Part shown: positions 10,825 to 21,242 of the stretch, one piece after another
Layout: each line of letters opens with the position of its first letter
Position numbering within the stretch: position 1 is the stretch's first letter
DNA from: Oopsacas minuta
Taxonomy: Eukaryota > Animalia > Porifera
NCBI GenBank assembly: GCA_024704765.1
Contig: JAKMXF010000017.1
Location: 1-22,163 of the forward strand
DNA length: 22,163 bases
Direction: 5' to 3'
Notes under the pieces: model-generated
Databases searched by the model: none
Seen by the model: only the letters and a program-made list of their open reading frames with translations
Told to the model about the DNA's origin: nothing
Program-made: the position numbers and the translations under genes

Positions 10825-10968
10825 AGAAAATATGTCGCTAAATTCAATTTGTCGTATCCGACAGGTCGTTATACCCGAGGTATGGTGTGTGCAGAATAAT
10901 GCTGCGAGATTCTGGGTAAGCAAAATGAGTCGTTATAAGCGATTTGTCGTTAAATCCAATGTTTACTG
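10825..10968 (+). mobile_element. Right half of TA-flanked MITE B
   Basis: tgtcgttaaatccaatgtttactg then TA. Internal gtcgttata motifs are shared with the left half. Confidence 0.9.
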
Positions 10969-11327
10969 TATTATTGAAATACAAAATTGGTTAAGATAGG
11001 TTAGAACGAAATTAGAAAGCTTTACGAAAGATTGTTATGATTAAATAAATTCAAAGAAGCAGTGACGTCATGGGGATCATAGACCCCAATCTTAGCAGAG
11101 TTTAATTTTTTATTGAAATAAGAGTGCTACCCATTCAAAAGTACCTGTACATCAAAACTACATAGGGCCTCTCATACCGCCAATCTGTTACAGTAGTAAT
11201 ATAAATAATCGAAGGTGGCTCTTCTTACAAGCAAAATTGAACAGATTACTTAATTAACCCGGCTATGACTTAGAATTTTATACTGTTCTTGTCTCACTGC
11301 TTGTTTGTCATATAAATGAGTACTAAC

Positions 11328-11449
11328 CAGTTTTCTCTAAATACTTGGCAGCGAACTCATTGACAGCTTTGGGTAGTGAGAAGAAGTCTTCCAACTTGCT
11401 ATTACCCACATTCGTTCCTACACGGCCCCACGCACGAAATATATAATAT
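11328..11449 (-). CDS. PARP1: PARP1 exon 10 (WGR motif)
   Basis: YYIFRAWGRVGTNVGNSKLEDFFSLPKAVNEFAAKYLEKT. Phase 2 in, phase 1 out. Confidence 0.95.
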
Positions 11450-11548
11450 CTAGACAAGATAGAAGTTAACTAGAAATAGACAATCCTTGCATGTGCAAAC
11501 ATAGAATACTACAACAGTAAAAATATGAAATATTGGATCTGAACTTAC

Positions 11549-11796
11549 TTCTTCTTAGTATCATGTTCCAACAATTGTAGCTTGTAATAAGAATTCATTC
11601 CATTAAACAAGTCCACCATTCCTAGGGTGGCACTGTAGATCACATCTCCTTGTTTATAGATATGGCAGTCATGCTCATGTCCTGAATCAGGGTCTACAGC
11701 TCCTCCTCCCTTTACAGTCATCTTTGCCATTTTGGGAATTGACTTTTCGCTTTTAGCAGAGCTCTTAAATACACCAGACTTGGTTAACATTTGAGG
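11549..11796 (-). CDS. PARP1: PARP1 exon 9 (start of WGR domain)
   Basis: PQMLTKSG...[15 protein letters not shown]...[32 protein letters not shown] donor, phase 2. Confidence 0.96.
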
Positions 11797-12194
11797 CTAT
11801 CGGATATAGAATATGAAACATATTATTAATATAGATCAAAAGATGAAACAGTAATGATCTATGCAGCACTAATATGGGGGTAGAGGCTGGAAATAGAAAC
11901 TACTAAAGTACAAGGAGTTGCGAAAAAAACATTTGCAGATTGAAAATGGTGAGAAATTGAGGTCCTTTGGGATAAATTTTCGAGGACTAATAGTCTGGTT
12001 TCGCTAATTCCTCGATTGCAATAAGTTTGAGATAGAAAGTATATGGTCATACGATCAAAATTGCAATCTGAAAGTATCATAACGCATAAATTGTAGTCTT
12101 GTTCGATTTTTGCACGCCTAGAGGTATAAGAGATGAAATGTATATGCCTGTAGGAGTCCCACATACGCCTGCTGAGTCGTATACCGATTCAAAG

Positions 12195-12215
12195 TATATA
12201 TATATATATATATAT
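12195..12215. repeat. (TA)n microsatellite
   Basis: Directly visible in PARP1 intron 8. Confidence 0.95.
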
Positions 12216-12253
12216 CTAATTCGAATTAAAAATAACCAACACAGAATACTTAC

Positions 12254-12487
12254 AACTGCTCCCCAATCTGATATCTTATTGGTTAACACTTTAGACAAGG
12301 CATCTCCAGTTTTTGATTCTTCTAAGAAACTAACTGACAGGATTGGAATGCTGTGTTTCTCAGCTGTCTTGATCTTAGCAGACTTTTTAGTAACTTCATT
12401 GGGATTACTGAGTACAATCGTTGTTTGTTGGGAGACAGAGTCTACAACCACAGCTCCCAATGAAGTTAGCTCTGCAGTAAGTTCACC
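12254..12487 (-). CDS. PARP1: PARP1 exon 8 (BRCT domain)
   Basis: GELTAELTSLGAVVVDSV...IPILSVSFLEESK...KISDWGAV. 234 nt, GTAAGT donor. Confidence 0.92.
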
Positions 12488-12985
12488 CTAGAATCAACAA
12501 TTAATATCTAAATAATTACTAAATCATCCTGATTGGTTAATAATTAAATACTTAGACGAGGGGACTTTTGTAATTCGTGATGACCAAAAGATTCGTATAT
12601 AAACTAACCATAACATTTACAAAATGTATTCCTATCCTTTGATCATGGGTAGTCAACCTTTTAAACCCTGCCGGCCACATGAATGTTTAAAGATCTGACC
12701 AATATTGTTAACATTTATTATGGCACGTAAGTGTACTATATACAAATTTTAAATGTATGATTAATTAATGTGATTTCTGAGGTTGTTTTGATTGGAAATT
12801 AGGAATTGGGTAAATCACGTTGTAATGCTTGATGTCATGGATGTGGCTGGAAATGACGGTGTGGAACCTAAAATTATACATAATGGTGCAGTATGAAATG
12901 TAAGATGACTAAAGGTTTACAGATCAACAAGGTCAGTAATACGTATTATATTGTTCTACTATACTAGAGATATAGTAATCCTCAC

Positions 12986-13157
12986 CTTAGTTCTCTCCAA
13001 TTTCCCTACAATACAAACAGAGAATCCATTCAAAGGTTGAGAAGTTTCTGTCTCCATCGCTTCTTGAGATCCTAATGATGAGGATGCGCTGGGAGCAGAA
13101 GCAGTTAGTTTAGGGAAGATGCGCTGTCCTACACTGTAACTCAGTTTCATAGACTTT
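12986..13157 (-). CDS. PARP1: PARP1 exon 7 (automodification linker, start of BRCT)
   Basis: KSMKLSYSVGQRIFPK...SQPLNGFSVCIVGKLERTK. Phase 2 in, phase 0 out, AG/GT. Confidence 0.9.
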
Positions 13158-13331
13158 CTAGGAAAATGGAATGTTTTCTAAACAACTCTGGGTTCGTAAA
13201 TGAATAAAATAGAATGGCAAACATATGCATCTACTGATAATAATTTGGCAACAGGACAATATTACAAAGATTTCGGGATAGGAGGTTATAAGCCATAGAA
13301 ACTTATGTCACGCGCCATGCATGAGCTGACC

Positions 13332-13718
13332 GATAGACTACTACATAACACAGATAGGAAAGTAACCGAGAAACGAATAAAACAGAGGCCATTTGTATAA
13401 ATCTCCTAAAAGTTAAATCAATCCTCCAAAGTTCGTGAAATTAACTTTTTTAGGGTAAAAAATGTAAAAATATTTGAGAAAATAGTCAACTTATATAAAT
13501 GTTAACGTCATCGCATAAATGGCGCCTAAACGGATGAAAGATGGCCGTTAGAACTTTTAGGTATTCTTAACTGATTTCTTACATTTTCTAACCCTAAAAA
13601 AAGTTCAATTCACAAACTTTGAAGGGTTAATTTAACTTCTATGAGATTTATACAAATAGCCTCACTTTTTTATTCGTAGCTCGGCTACTTTCCTATCTTT
13701 ATGATATAGTAGTCTATG
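13332..13718. mobile_element. Foldback MITE with about 140-bp imperfect TIRs and 7-bp TSD (P-superfamily-like)
   Basis: Arms (g)atagactac...gataggaaagta...atttgtataaatctc / reverse complement ending gtagtctatg. Flanks gctgacc / gctggcc. Confidence 0.8.
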
Positions 13719-14039
13719 GCTGGCCATACACGATGCAACTTCGTTGATCTTGTATCGTGTACTGTAAATTAAATTCCATGAAAAATTGCATGCAAATGTT
13801 GTATGGAAGTATGAACATGTTCTAGCTTACTGCATTACTTGCACGAAAAAGTATTTTTAGCCAACATTGAATCATTCATAACAATAAATTTGTTGGTACA
13901 ATTCCTACATATATCTTGGTCAAATTTCCGCGCCCCGTTATCGCGTTTTCGTGCTATATAGAGTAAATTATAGGATTCGGCCAATAATTGGTTCCATTCT
14001 AGATAAATAAATATACAAATCCTTCCCACATAAACTCAC

Positions 14040-14211
14040 ATTTCAGGAATTTCTTTAACTTCTTCTGGAATGTGAAACTTCTTCCTCTTAGGTTCCTTTG
14101 TAGTATAAATGCACTTGCTCCATTCAGAAAGAGCACCCTTACACACATAGTAACCTTTGGGTGAGTATATCAATGTTTCTGATTTACAATCAGGACAAGG
14201 ATGTAGGGACC
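14040..14211 (-). CDS. PARP1: PARP1 exon 6 (PADR1 zinc ribbon)
   Basis: (G)SLHPCPDCKSETLIYSPKGYYVCKGALSEWSKCIYTTKEPKRKKFHIPEEVKEIPE, with four Cys ligands. Phase 1 in matches exon 5; GTGAGT donor, phase 2. Confidence 0.92.
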
Positions 14212-14380
14212 CTATAAAATAGGAGACTTTGAGTTGAACATGATAGATTAATGTCTAGTTTAGCGAGACAAGTTAATCACAAATTCTTACTCTTCTTAAG
14301 CAGAATTGAAATAGGGCCCATTTGATGACCCTAGAACCTGAAACTGACATAAATATGCTTCACAAAAAGATTCTGTTATA

Positions 14381-14469
14381 CAGTATGTCCTCTCTAATAG
14401 TCCACCTCCCTTATAGTCCAAATCCCCTAATAGTCTAGCAGATACCCAAAACCCATTTGTATTTGTAGG
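14381..14469 (+). mobile_element. Left half of TA-flanked MITE A (right half at 1-96)
   Basis: TA then cagtatgtcctctctaatagtccacct; exact 27-bp reverse complement at 70-96. Confidence 0.9.
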
Positions 14470-15007
14470 NNNNNNNNNNNNNNNNNNNNNNNNNNNNNNN
14501 NNNNNNNNNNNNNNNNNNNNNNNNNNNNNNNNNNNNNNNNNNNNNNNNNNNNNNNNNNNNNNNNNNNNNNNNNNNNNNNNNNNNNNNNNNNNNNNNNNNN
14601 NNNNNNNNNNNNNNNNNNNNNNNNNNNNNNNNNNNNNNNNNNNNNNNNNNNNNNNNNNNNNNNNNNNNNNNNNNNNNNNNNNNNNNNNNNNNNNNNNNNN
14701 NNNNNNNNNNNNNNNNNNNNNNNNNNNNNNNNNNNNNNNNNNNNNNNNNNNNNNNNNNNNNNNNNNNNNNNNNNNNNNNNNNNNNNNNNNNNNNNNNNNN
14801 NNNNNNNNNNNNNNNNNNNNNNNNNNNNNNNNNNNNNNNNNNNNNNNNNNNNNNNNNNNNNNNNNNNNNNNNNNNNNNNNNNNNNNNNNNNNNNNNNNNN
14901 NNNNNNNNNNNNNNNNNNNNNNNNNNNNNNNNNNNNNNNNNNNNNNNNNNNNNNNNNNNNNNNNNNNNNNNNNNNNNNNNNNNNNNNNNNNNNNNNNNNN
15001 NNNNNNN
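14470..15007. other. Assembly gap (538 N)
   Basis: N run separating the segments that carry PARP1 exons 6-10 and 11-13. Confidence 1.
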
Positions 15008-15080
15008 CGAGTATACATGCCAAATCTGGTCTTAACTCCTCCAAAGTCCAAAGGTGTGAACAAGGAAGTAACTTCAAGTG

Positions 15081-15081
<1 letters not shown>

Positions 15082-15115
<34 letters not shown>

Positions 15116-15130
15116 GTATATATATATATA
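15082..15130. repeat. (AC)n plus (TA)n microsatellite
   Basis: Directly visible. Confidence 0.95.
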
Positions 15131-15842
15131 CAGTGGAACATCTGAATTACGGTCACCCTTGGACTCAGGTGAATGGCCGTAACTTCGGGGTATCAATATA
15201 ATTTGGTACTAGAAATGGCTGGAAGTCGGAATTGTGGGGTGTCTGTAATTCTGAAATAAATTAATGTTAATGTCTATTGGAAATTTGGAATTCAACCGGG
15301 ACAAAGAAGCGGGCTCCGAAAAACAGGTTTTAGCACCCACTGAATCCGCCAGGAAGCTAAAATTGTTTGAAAAAATGCAATAAGATCTAGTGAACTGCTC
15401 ATGAAGCTATACCAGTTTGTAATAACTACTACGTAATTATATATGTCATCCTCTAATAATAAACTATGTATATTTTCGACCACAATCTAAAATCTAAATA
15501 AATCTATACAAACTACTTAGTTAATCTATTTTAGCAAATTCTGCAAAGCAATTGATAAACCAATTTTATTTAAGTCAGAATTAACCAAACTAATTCAGAC
15601 AAGAAATTAGTTCAATTATTTAGCCATTTAAAACCTGTTAAATTATTAACAAACATTGACCAATCAAAAGTGGAGCGAAATGTTGGACTCCCTCTATGTT
15701 GTTCGAAGTCATTTTGAGGCACACCTGGGTTGGTTGGAGTGGGGATCTACACTGGATTTTTATTTATACCTTCATGGGTGTTTCGGCAACCAATTTTCAC
15801 GCGACTAACTTTCGCCTTTCCGCTTGGGATCTAATTTCTTAC

Positions 15843-16073
15843 CTCTAATAGCTTAAGGTCAAAAGAAGAGTGAGTAGATCCGTGAGTATTAGAAATGAAC
15901 TCTTTGATCATATCGAATTCATCAGATTTCTTATCAACTACCGTTAGATCAGCCTTCAGTTTTTCATAGTAGACATCAATTGGGTCAGTTTCTTCCTGCT
16001 CCTTCTTACCTCCGCTTAAGAGTGAGTATGTGACCTCTAGCTCAAGCAAACTATCCAACATCTCGCTCTTTTC
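15843..16073 (-). CDS. PARP1: PARP1 exon 13 (end of regulatory domain, start of ART domain)
   Basis: EKSEMLDSLLELEVTYSLL...DPIDVYYEKLKADL...NTHGSTHSSFDLKLLE. GTAAGA donor, phase 0. Confidence 0.96.
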
Positions 16074-16154
16074 CTAGAAATATGTAACAGTAGGTATCGC
16101 TTATATGTACACCCTTTGGATTAGCAAATCTCTTTTAATCACCGATACATATAA

Positions 16155-16310
16155 CAGCGGTTCCCAACCTGGGGTCAATGGACCCTTGGTAGTCCAAGGA
16201 CGACAGCAGGGAACCCACAAAATCTATTGCAGACTATGGGAGGTGGTCCACAGAATGTTCTCAAATTGGTATAGGAGGTCCACTGGTGAAAAGGGGTTGG
16301 GGACCGCGAG
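16155..16310. mobile_element. Degenerate hAT-type MITE
   Basis: cagcggttcccaacct left end, degenerate ggttggggaccgc right end. TSD not preserved. Confidence 0.55.
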
Positions 16311-16705
16311 CTTATTAAAGGAACACTAATCATTTATCTAAAGAAATAATAAATACATAGCGTTTGACTATGAATGAAAATTATAATTTGAGGATAGAAA
16401 TGGCGAAATCGTATGCAGGGTGGGCCAAAAATCAGAACCCTAACACTTAGCTTCGAATATGGATAATATTTAGAAAGAGGAACAAAATCTTATCGTTGAA
16501 TTGGCGTGCAAGACGAATACAATTTTTTCCCCACCGAACACAGAACTAAACATTGCGCGATCGTATTAAATATGCAAGCACAAGATGATAAAAACCGAAA
16601 AGAATTGGGTAAGAAAGAACTGAGGCGGCCATATAGGAAAGACCAAGCTAAAAAGGTTAAGAACCACTGTGTTAAATATAATTATCATGGTAATTAGAAT
16701 CTTAC

Positions 16706-16924
16706 TTTAATAACTTCAGCATTGACAAGTAGTGGTGGAGATTCCAAACCAAAATCGTGTGGAATTAAAGTATAGAATTTGTTAGACAAATCTAAGAACC
16801 GTCCTTTGTGTGTTGTAGCATCAGATCCTGAATTTATTAGAGTCTCCAGTTCCTTAAGGGCAGAGTAAGCTTCTTTTATCTGATTCTTGGATAATTTACC
16901 CAAAGGCATCTTATTCAGATCAAT
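16706..16924 (-). CDS. PARP1: PARP1 exon 12 (regulatory domain)
   Basis: IDLNKMPLGKLSKNQIKEAY...LDLSNKFYTLIPHDFGLESPPLL. 219 nt, AG/GT. Confidence 0.96.
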
Positions 16925-17515
16925 CTAAATCAGTTGTATAAGTAATACAATAGCTAAATAATTCTGGGATCTAACGATCTAGCCAAAGTGACGTTTATGA
17001 CATTTGACCGTTTCACATGTTGGTTCTAATGGAAAATTTGAATTGTTGAAAATGGATGCGTGAAGCTATCACAAAAATTTGCAATTTGCTATTTGCAAAG
17101 GTGTTAAACTCATTAACTAGATAATTAGATGTAAAAAATATTGGAGATCAAATATTTACAAAAATAGTGTGAATATTCAAATTTGAATTCATATATGAAA
17201 TCTACTCAATACAGTAGAAATTAATCTTAGCTATAAATAGGTTTTTTCCAAATTTAGCACAAATTGATTATTAAAGAATATTTTTTGCAGAATTCCCCAC
17301 TTAGAGGTGAATTTCAATGGAGTAAGGCATAATTATCTCCAGAGTATGCCCCATTCCTCGTTTATAGAGTTTGCCCTGTACTATTATGTGAATTTAGAAG
17401 CATTCCCATCATTTCTTCCTGATATATAGCCACTTTTGGTTTGGACCCCACCTTTGAAAATGGAAAAAGTTGCCAAAAATGGAACAGTAACAATGTTTTT
17501 TCGAATTTTCATTAC

Positions 17516-17706
17516 CTCCATCTCGAGGAGAGATTGCTTCATGGCTTGTACATCAAATATCATCCGTATAATACTCTGTATAGCCGGATCTAATTTAGAT
17601 TTAGACCCAGCATCAGCAAAGGTAGGTTCATCTTCATCTCCATAGTCTATCTCTAGCGGAAAAAACTTGCCAGGCACCTTAGAATATGTTGTACCCCAGA
17701 TATTTC
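17516..17706 (-). CDS. PARP1: PARP1 exon 11 (end of WGR, start of helical regulatory domain)
   Basis: (G)NIWGTTYSKVPGKFFPLEIDYG...SKLDPAIQSIIRMIFDVQAMKQSLLEME. Phase 1 in matches exon 10 (KT-G-N). Confidence 0.95.
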
Positions 17707-17844
17707 CTAAATATGTTAAACTCCTTAATTAAGCTAAGAAAGCACTACTATTTGTACAGACAGTAAGAAAATAATCTCAGTAATCCAATCCATACAATTA
17801 TTCTAAGTCAAATTAATTACAGTATATTGATGGCAAATATACTA

Positions 17845-17972
17845 CAGTAAACATTGGATTTAACGACACTCGTTTGGACAGGCAAAAAAGGTCGTTATAT
17901 CCGATTTGTCACTAAATCCGAGGAAGCTTTAAATATGCATTATATACCTGATGACACCCAAATTTATTCATG
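17845..17972 (+). mobile_element. Left half of TA-flanked MITE B (right half at 10825-10968)
   Basis: TA then cagtaaacattggatttaacgaca; exact 24-bp reverse complement at 10945-10968. Confidence 0.9.
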
Positions 17973-17973
17973 N
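17973..17973. other. Single-N contig junction
   Basis: Left half of a MITE on the left, sequence 3' of the PARP1 stop on the right. Confidence 0.9.
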
Positions 17974-18325
17974 ATTATACGCCTTATATATTGGTATTTC
18001 AACATTTCCCTTTATAGAGTGTGGATTCATATACTCAGACACATCAGGTACTTCACTACATCCACATATCCGTCCTCAGGCGTTGCGCCTTCTCAGCTAT
18101 AATCCAGCATAATTGAATTTTCAGTTCAGTTGCCAAAATAATTGAATTCAGTTGGCTAGATAATATTACATTCAGCCCAAAATCTATCGGGGTTCTGGTG
18201 CATTTAGGTATCTACACGGGGGTCAGGGGCGTGCCCCTCCTGAAAAGAACAAAACAAATAATCCTGAGCTGCACTGCCAGTCTGTCGGCTGGACATTTTT
18301 CTAAGATTCGGTAGCATTGGTACCA

Positions 18326-18326
<1 letters not shown>

Positions 18327-18367
<41 letters not shown>
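18327..18367. repeat. (ATT)n microsatellite
   Basis: Directly visible; it produces the poly-N and poly-I pseudo-ORFs. Confidence 0.95.
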
Positions 18368-18607
18368 GGTATGCCATAGTGGCCATTTTAACAAGTTAAC
18401 TAATTAAGATACAATAATGTTAGTCCTCTCAGATTATAATGTAAGATTTCATAATTAATAATTATTAGCGATAAGAATATTTATTATTAATATTGTTTTA
18501 TGAAAAACTTCGAAACGAATGCTCTAGATTAATGTTTTAAGAAACACAACAAATTACTTTATGATAATTATCCATTACTCAATGATATTTAATAAGAGAT
18601 AAGAAAG

Positions 18608-18855
18608 TTAATAGAAACCGCTCTTGTATTGAAAATCTATCTTTAGTAAGTAGCACATTTTGACTTGAGCTTCGTCATAAACTATAAATTCATTGTAGAG
18701 TAGCGAGGAGGAGCCTGTATAAGAGCTTGTAGCAACGCCCATTGGAATGTCCACACCCTCAGGAGTAGTACGTAAGCCTGAAATATCAGGGGCTGTCCTA
18801 CCGATTCCTTTGGTGCTGTGAAAGCCTGCGGGTAGTTTCTGAATATATTTGGATC
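18608..18855 (-). CDS. PARP1: PARP1 exon 15 (last coding exon, catalytic Glu, stop)
   Basis: (G)SKYIQKLPAGFHSTKGIGRTAPD...SLLYNEFIVYDEAQVKMCYLLKIDFQYKSGFY*. TAA at 18610-18608. Confidence 0.96.
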
Positions 18856-19143
18856 CTAAGAGAATAAAATGCCTGATATATTACCAAACGCAATTTGGGT
18901 CAATGCAATGTTACAATCCCTGAATTAATTGCAACACTATGCCAAACTTGTCTCAAATAAGGTAGAACCGCATCCCACGAGTCTTGGATCCTACTTCCTG
19001 TGTAATATAGTATACTCTCTCTGGGAATGCCCTCACGGGGGAAATACTATGTAGTAGTCTTCCCCAGGAAACTCAACACGCTTAGTTAATTTCCCTCTAT
19101 TCAAAAACAATTGAAACAATTGAATCTACGTATTTAAGTTAAA

Positions 19144-19625
19144 GGGATAACTGAATAAGACCGAATGGAACACAAGACTGAAAATAATAAACTAGAGGTC
19201 TAAAGCAGTGGTTCCCAAAAACGGGACCGAAAATTTTCCTGAAGTCTTAATGTTACTAACATTAATGACACTTAATTTTATCGGAATCGTTGATTGGACC
19301 TCAATTCTGGTAACCTAAAATTCTTAAATTCATTAAAATGGACATTTTTTCTTGCTAGGTTGCTTCACGACTGAGGCGCCGGTACAACAATCGCTTCAAA
19401 TCCAGAAAGACCCCGTTGGTGAGGTCGCAAGGGATTAAAAATTGTATAATGGAGTCGAGAACCACTGGTCTAGAGGATTTTGAGCTTTTATCTACACCTA
19501 TATAGACTTCGGGTTAGGGTCGGGTCGGGTTTTGAAAAGTGGACCCAATTCCAACTCTGATTCGGTCTTATTCCAGTAGTGACTATTATTCGGTACTGTT
19601 CCATTCGGTCTTATTCAGGTTTCCC
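19144..19625. mobile_element. TIR element with GGG termini hosting the hAT MITE
   Basis: gggataactgaataagaccgaatggaaca vs the reverse complement of 19597-19625 (27 of 29 match). No clean TSD. Confidence 0.7.
19206..19467. mobile_element. hAT (Charlie/Buster-type) MITE
   Basis: TIR cagtggttc / gaaccactg, with 8-bp TSD gtctaaag / gtctagag. Confidence 0.85.
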
Positions 19626-20197
19626 AAGTCAAACAAGATATTTGTGTATTTAAGTTCATTGTTTGAAGTGTAGTGAAGAGCTTTTGTTTCGGAATTGTTG
19701 TCTAGATCTATGACTACTTCCTGATTGTTGGTCAAAATCTGGACAATGCATTCTGCAAAATTCCAACAAATGCATACTGCAAGATTCAGAAATGTATAAT
19801 ACTAATTCGGACAGATGCATCAGTCGTACAAATGTATACCAATTCGGACAAATGCATGCGCCCCCATCATGACAGGAATATGAGTCGCGCAATTGACAAC
19901 ATACAAAATTCTAATAATTATCAACATATACAGTCGGACAATTGCATGTCGCCAATACGAGAGCGTATTGATGAATCTATTATGTGTTTAAGTTCATTGT
20001 TTGAAGGCCACTATAGGAGGATGAAACTATATAACACCGGCAATTTATGAAGAAAATTTTGGGTGGTGTTGCCATCACTTTTGCCACTTCCTTAAAATTA
20101 ACTACTCTCTCAAGAAAGTTTAACATCGAAAATAATTTATTCAACTTAATTCGTATTGTGTAATACGGTATGACACAAGTGACAATTCACAACTTAC

Positions 20198-20492
20198 CAG
20201 TGAGTTCATACATATTGCCAAGAGCTACTTCACATAAAAGCATAAGACCAGTCGGGTTTGAGGGTGTGGTTCTGCAATAATTGGCAGATTTTGATGCCAT
20301 ATCTGCGAAATAAAGTCCCTTCCCAAACATGTATCCTGTTGAGGGGGCCTCCGGTGGCGCTATTCTCAGTCCTTGTGATATAATACCTCCGAAGTTAGTC
20401 GTTCTAGAGCCGTGCCAGAGGAGCTGACGGTTGTGTAGCTCGTTAAAAGGTTTGTATCTCTTATTTTCACCATTTCTCTTCAGCTTAAAGAG
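20198..20492 (-). CDS. PARP1: PARP1 exon 14 (catalytic ART domain, PARP signature)
   Basis: [73 protein letters not shown]...[13 protein letters not shown]. Contains the His and Tyr of the H-Y-E triad. Not in the ORF track. Confidence 0.97.
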
Positions 20493-20912
20493 CTAACAGA
20501 AATAATTGTAATTACGTACATATTAAGATATTTAATCAGTAATAAACAGTAGCTTATAGATATGGCGTTAGTCGATCACCTAATTAATGATCACGATCAC
20601 GATGGTCCATTAAAAATGATCAGAGATCGTGATTTTTGAAATTTATAAGCACTTCCTATATGGAGATGCTCAATTACGTGCGTCCGTCCGTCCCCGAGGC
20701 CATGCGAAATCTACCAGTCTGAATGCTATGAAAATTAGTACATACAATTTGATATACATTATGGGGTCTAGGTTCGCAAATTTTCAAATCCTGTCTGCCT
20801 AAAATTATTGAAAATATGATCGAAAGTTTTTCAGGAAAAATTATCGTGATCTTCAACAATAGATCACGATCGTAATCGTGCGATCAATGATCTCACGATA
20901 CTAATGCCCTAC

Positions 20913-21242
20913 CATGGCCTACTATTATACGGGTATACATGCTGTCGAATCATAGCGAAAAATTAGAGTCCAGTTTTATAAATCTCATTAAAGGAAAAAT
21001 AATCCTTCAATGTTTGTGAATTGAACTTTATTAGGGTAAAAAATCCAGGAATCAATATAGGCTAGTTAAAAAGTTCAAACGGGCCATCCTTCATCTAGTT
21101 AGGCTCAATTCATAATATGAATTCATAGTTTAATAATTCGCAAACATTGAAATATTATTTTCCTTTAATGAGATTTAGAAGACTGGACTCTTATTTTTAC
21201 TATGATTCGGCAGCATCTATAGCTGTATCATAGTAGGCCATG
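20913..21242. mobile_element. Foldback MITE with about 110-bp TIRs and perfect 7-bp TSD (P-superfamily-like)
   Basis: catggcctacta ... tagtaggccatg, flanked by gccctac on both sides (20906-20912 and 21243-21249). Confidence 0.85.

Noticed and set aside
10675-10923. 82-aa ORF crossing the N at 10824
   Set aside because: Chimeric: only 10696-10817 is phosphatase exon, and the N-terminal part is MITE B sequence from another contig.
12099-12491. 130-aa + strand ORF, and other short ORFs overlapping PARP1 exons (17436-17645, 6136-6429)
   Set aside because: Antisense or out-of-frame shadows of PARP1 exons.
14296-15156. 286-aa and 228-aa ORFs
   Set aside because: Created by the N run and the (AC)n repeat.
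16417-16697. cagggtgggccaaaa terminus plus a 63-aa Lys-rich ORF as a Tc1/mariner relic
   Set aside because: No matching right TIR or transposase motif found.
18025-18092. Minus-strand EGATPEDGYVDVVKYLMCLSI, ankyrin-like
   Set aside because: About 21 codons bounded by stops, no convincing splice context and no neighbouring repeats.
18034-18133. Apparent 100-bp duplication or extrachromosomal circle with 22064-22163
   Set aside because: The junction contains the exact Nextera adapter, so it is a library artefact.
18204-18394. Poly-Asn and poly-Ile ORFs
   Set aside because: Translations of the (ATT)n microsatellite.
1797-20492. Multiple PARP paralogues or a split multi-gene PARP system
   Set aside because: No exon is present twice; the 15 exons make exactly one PARP1 with compatible phases.
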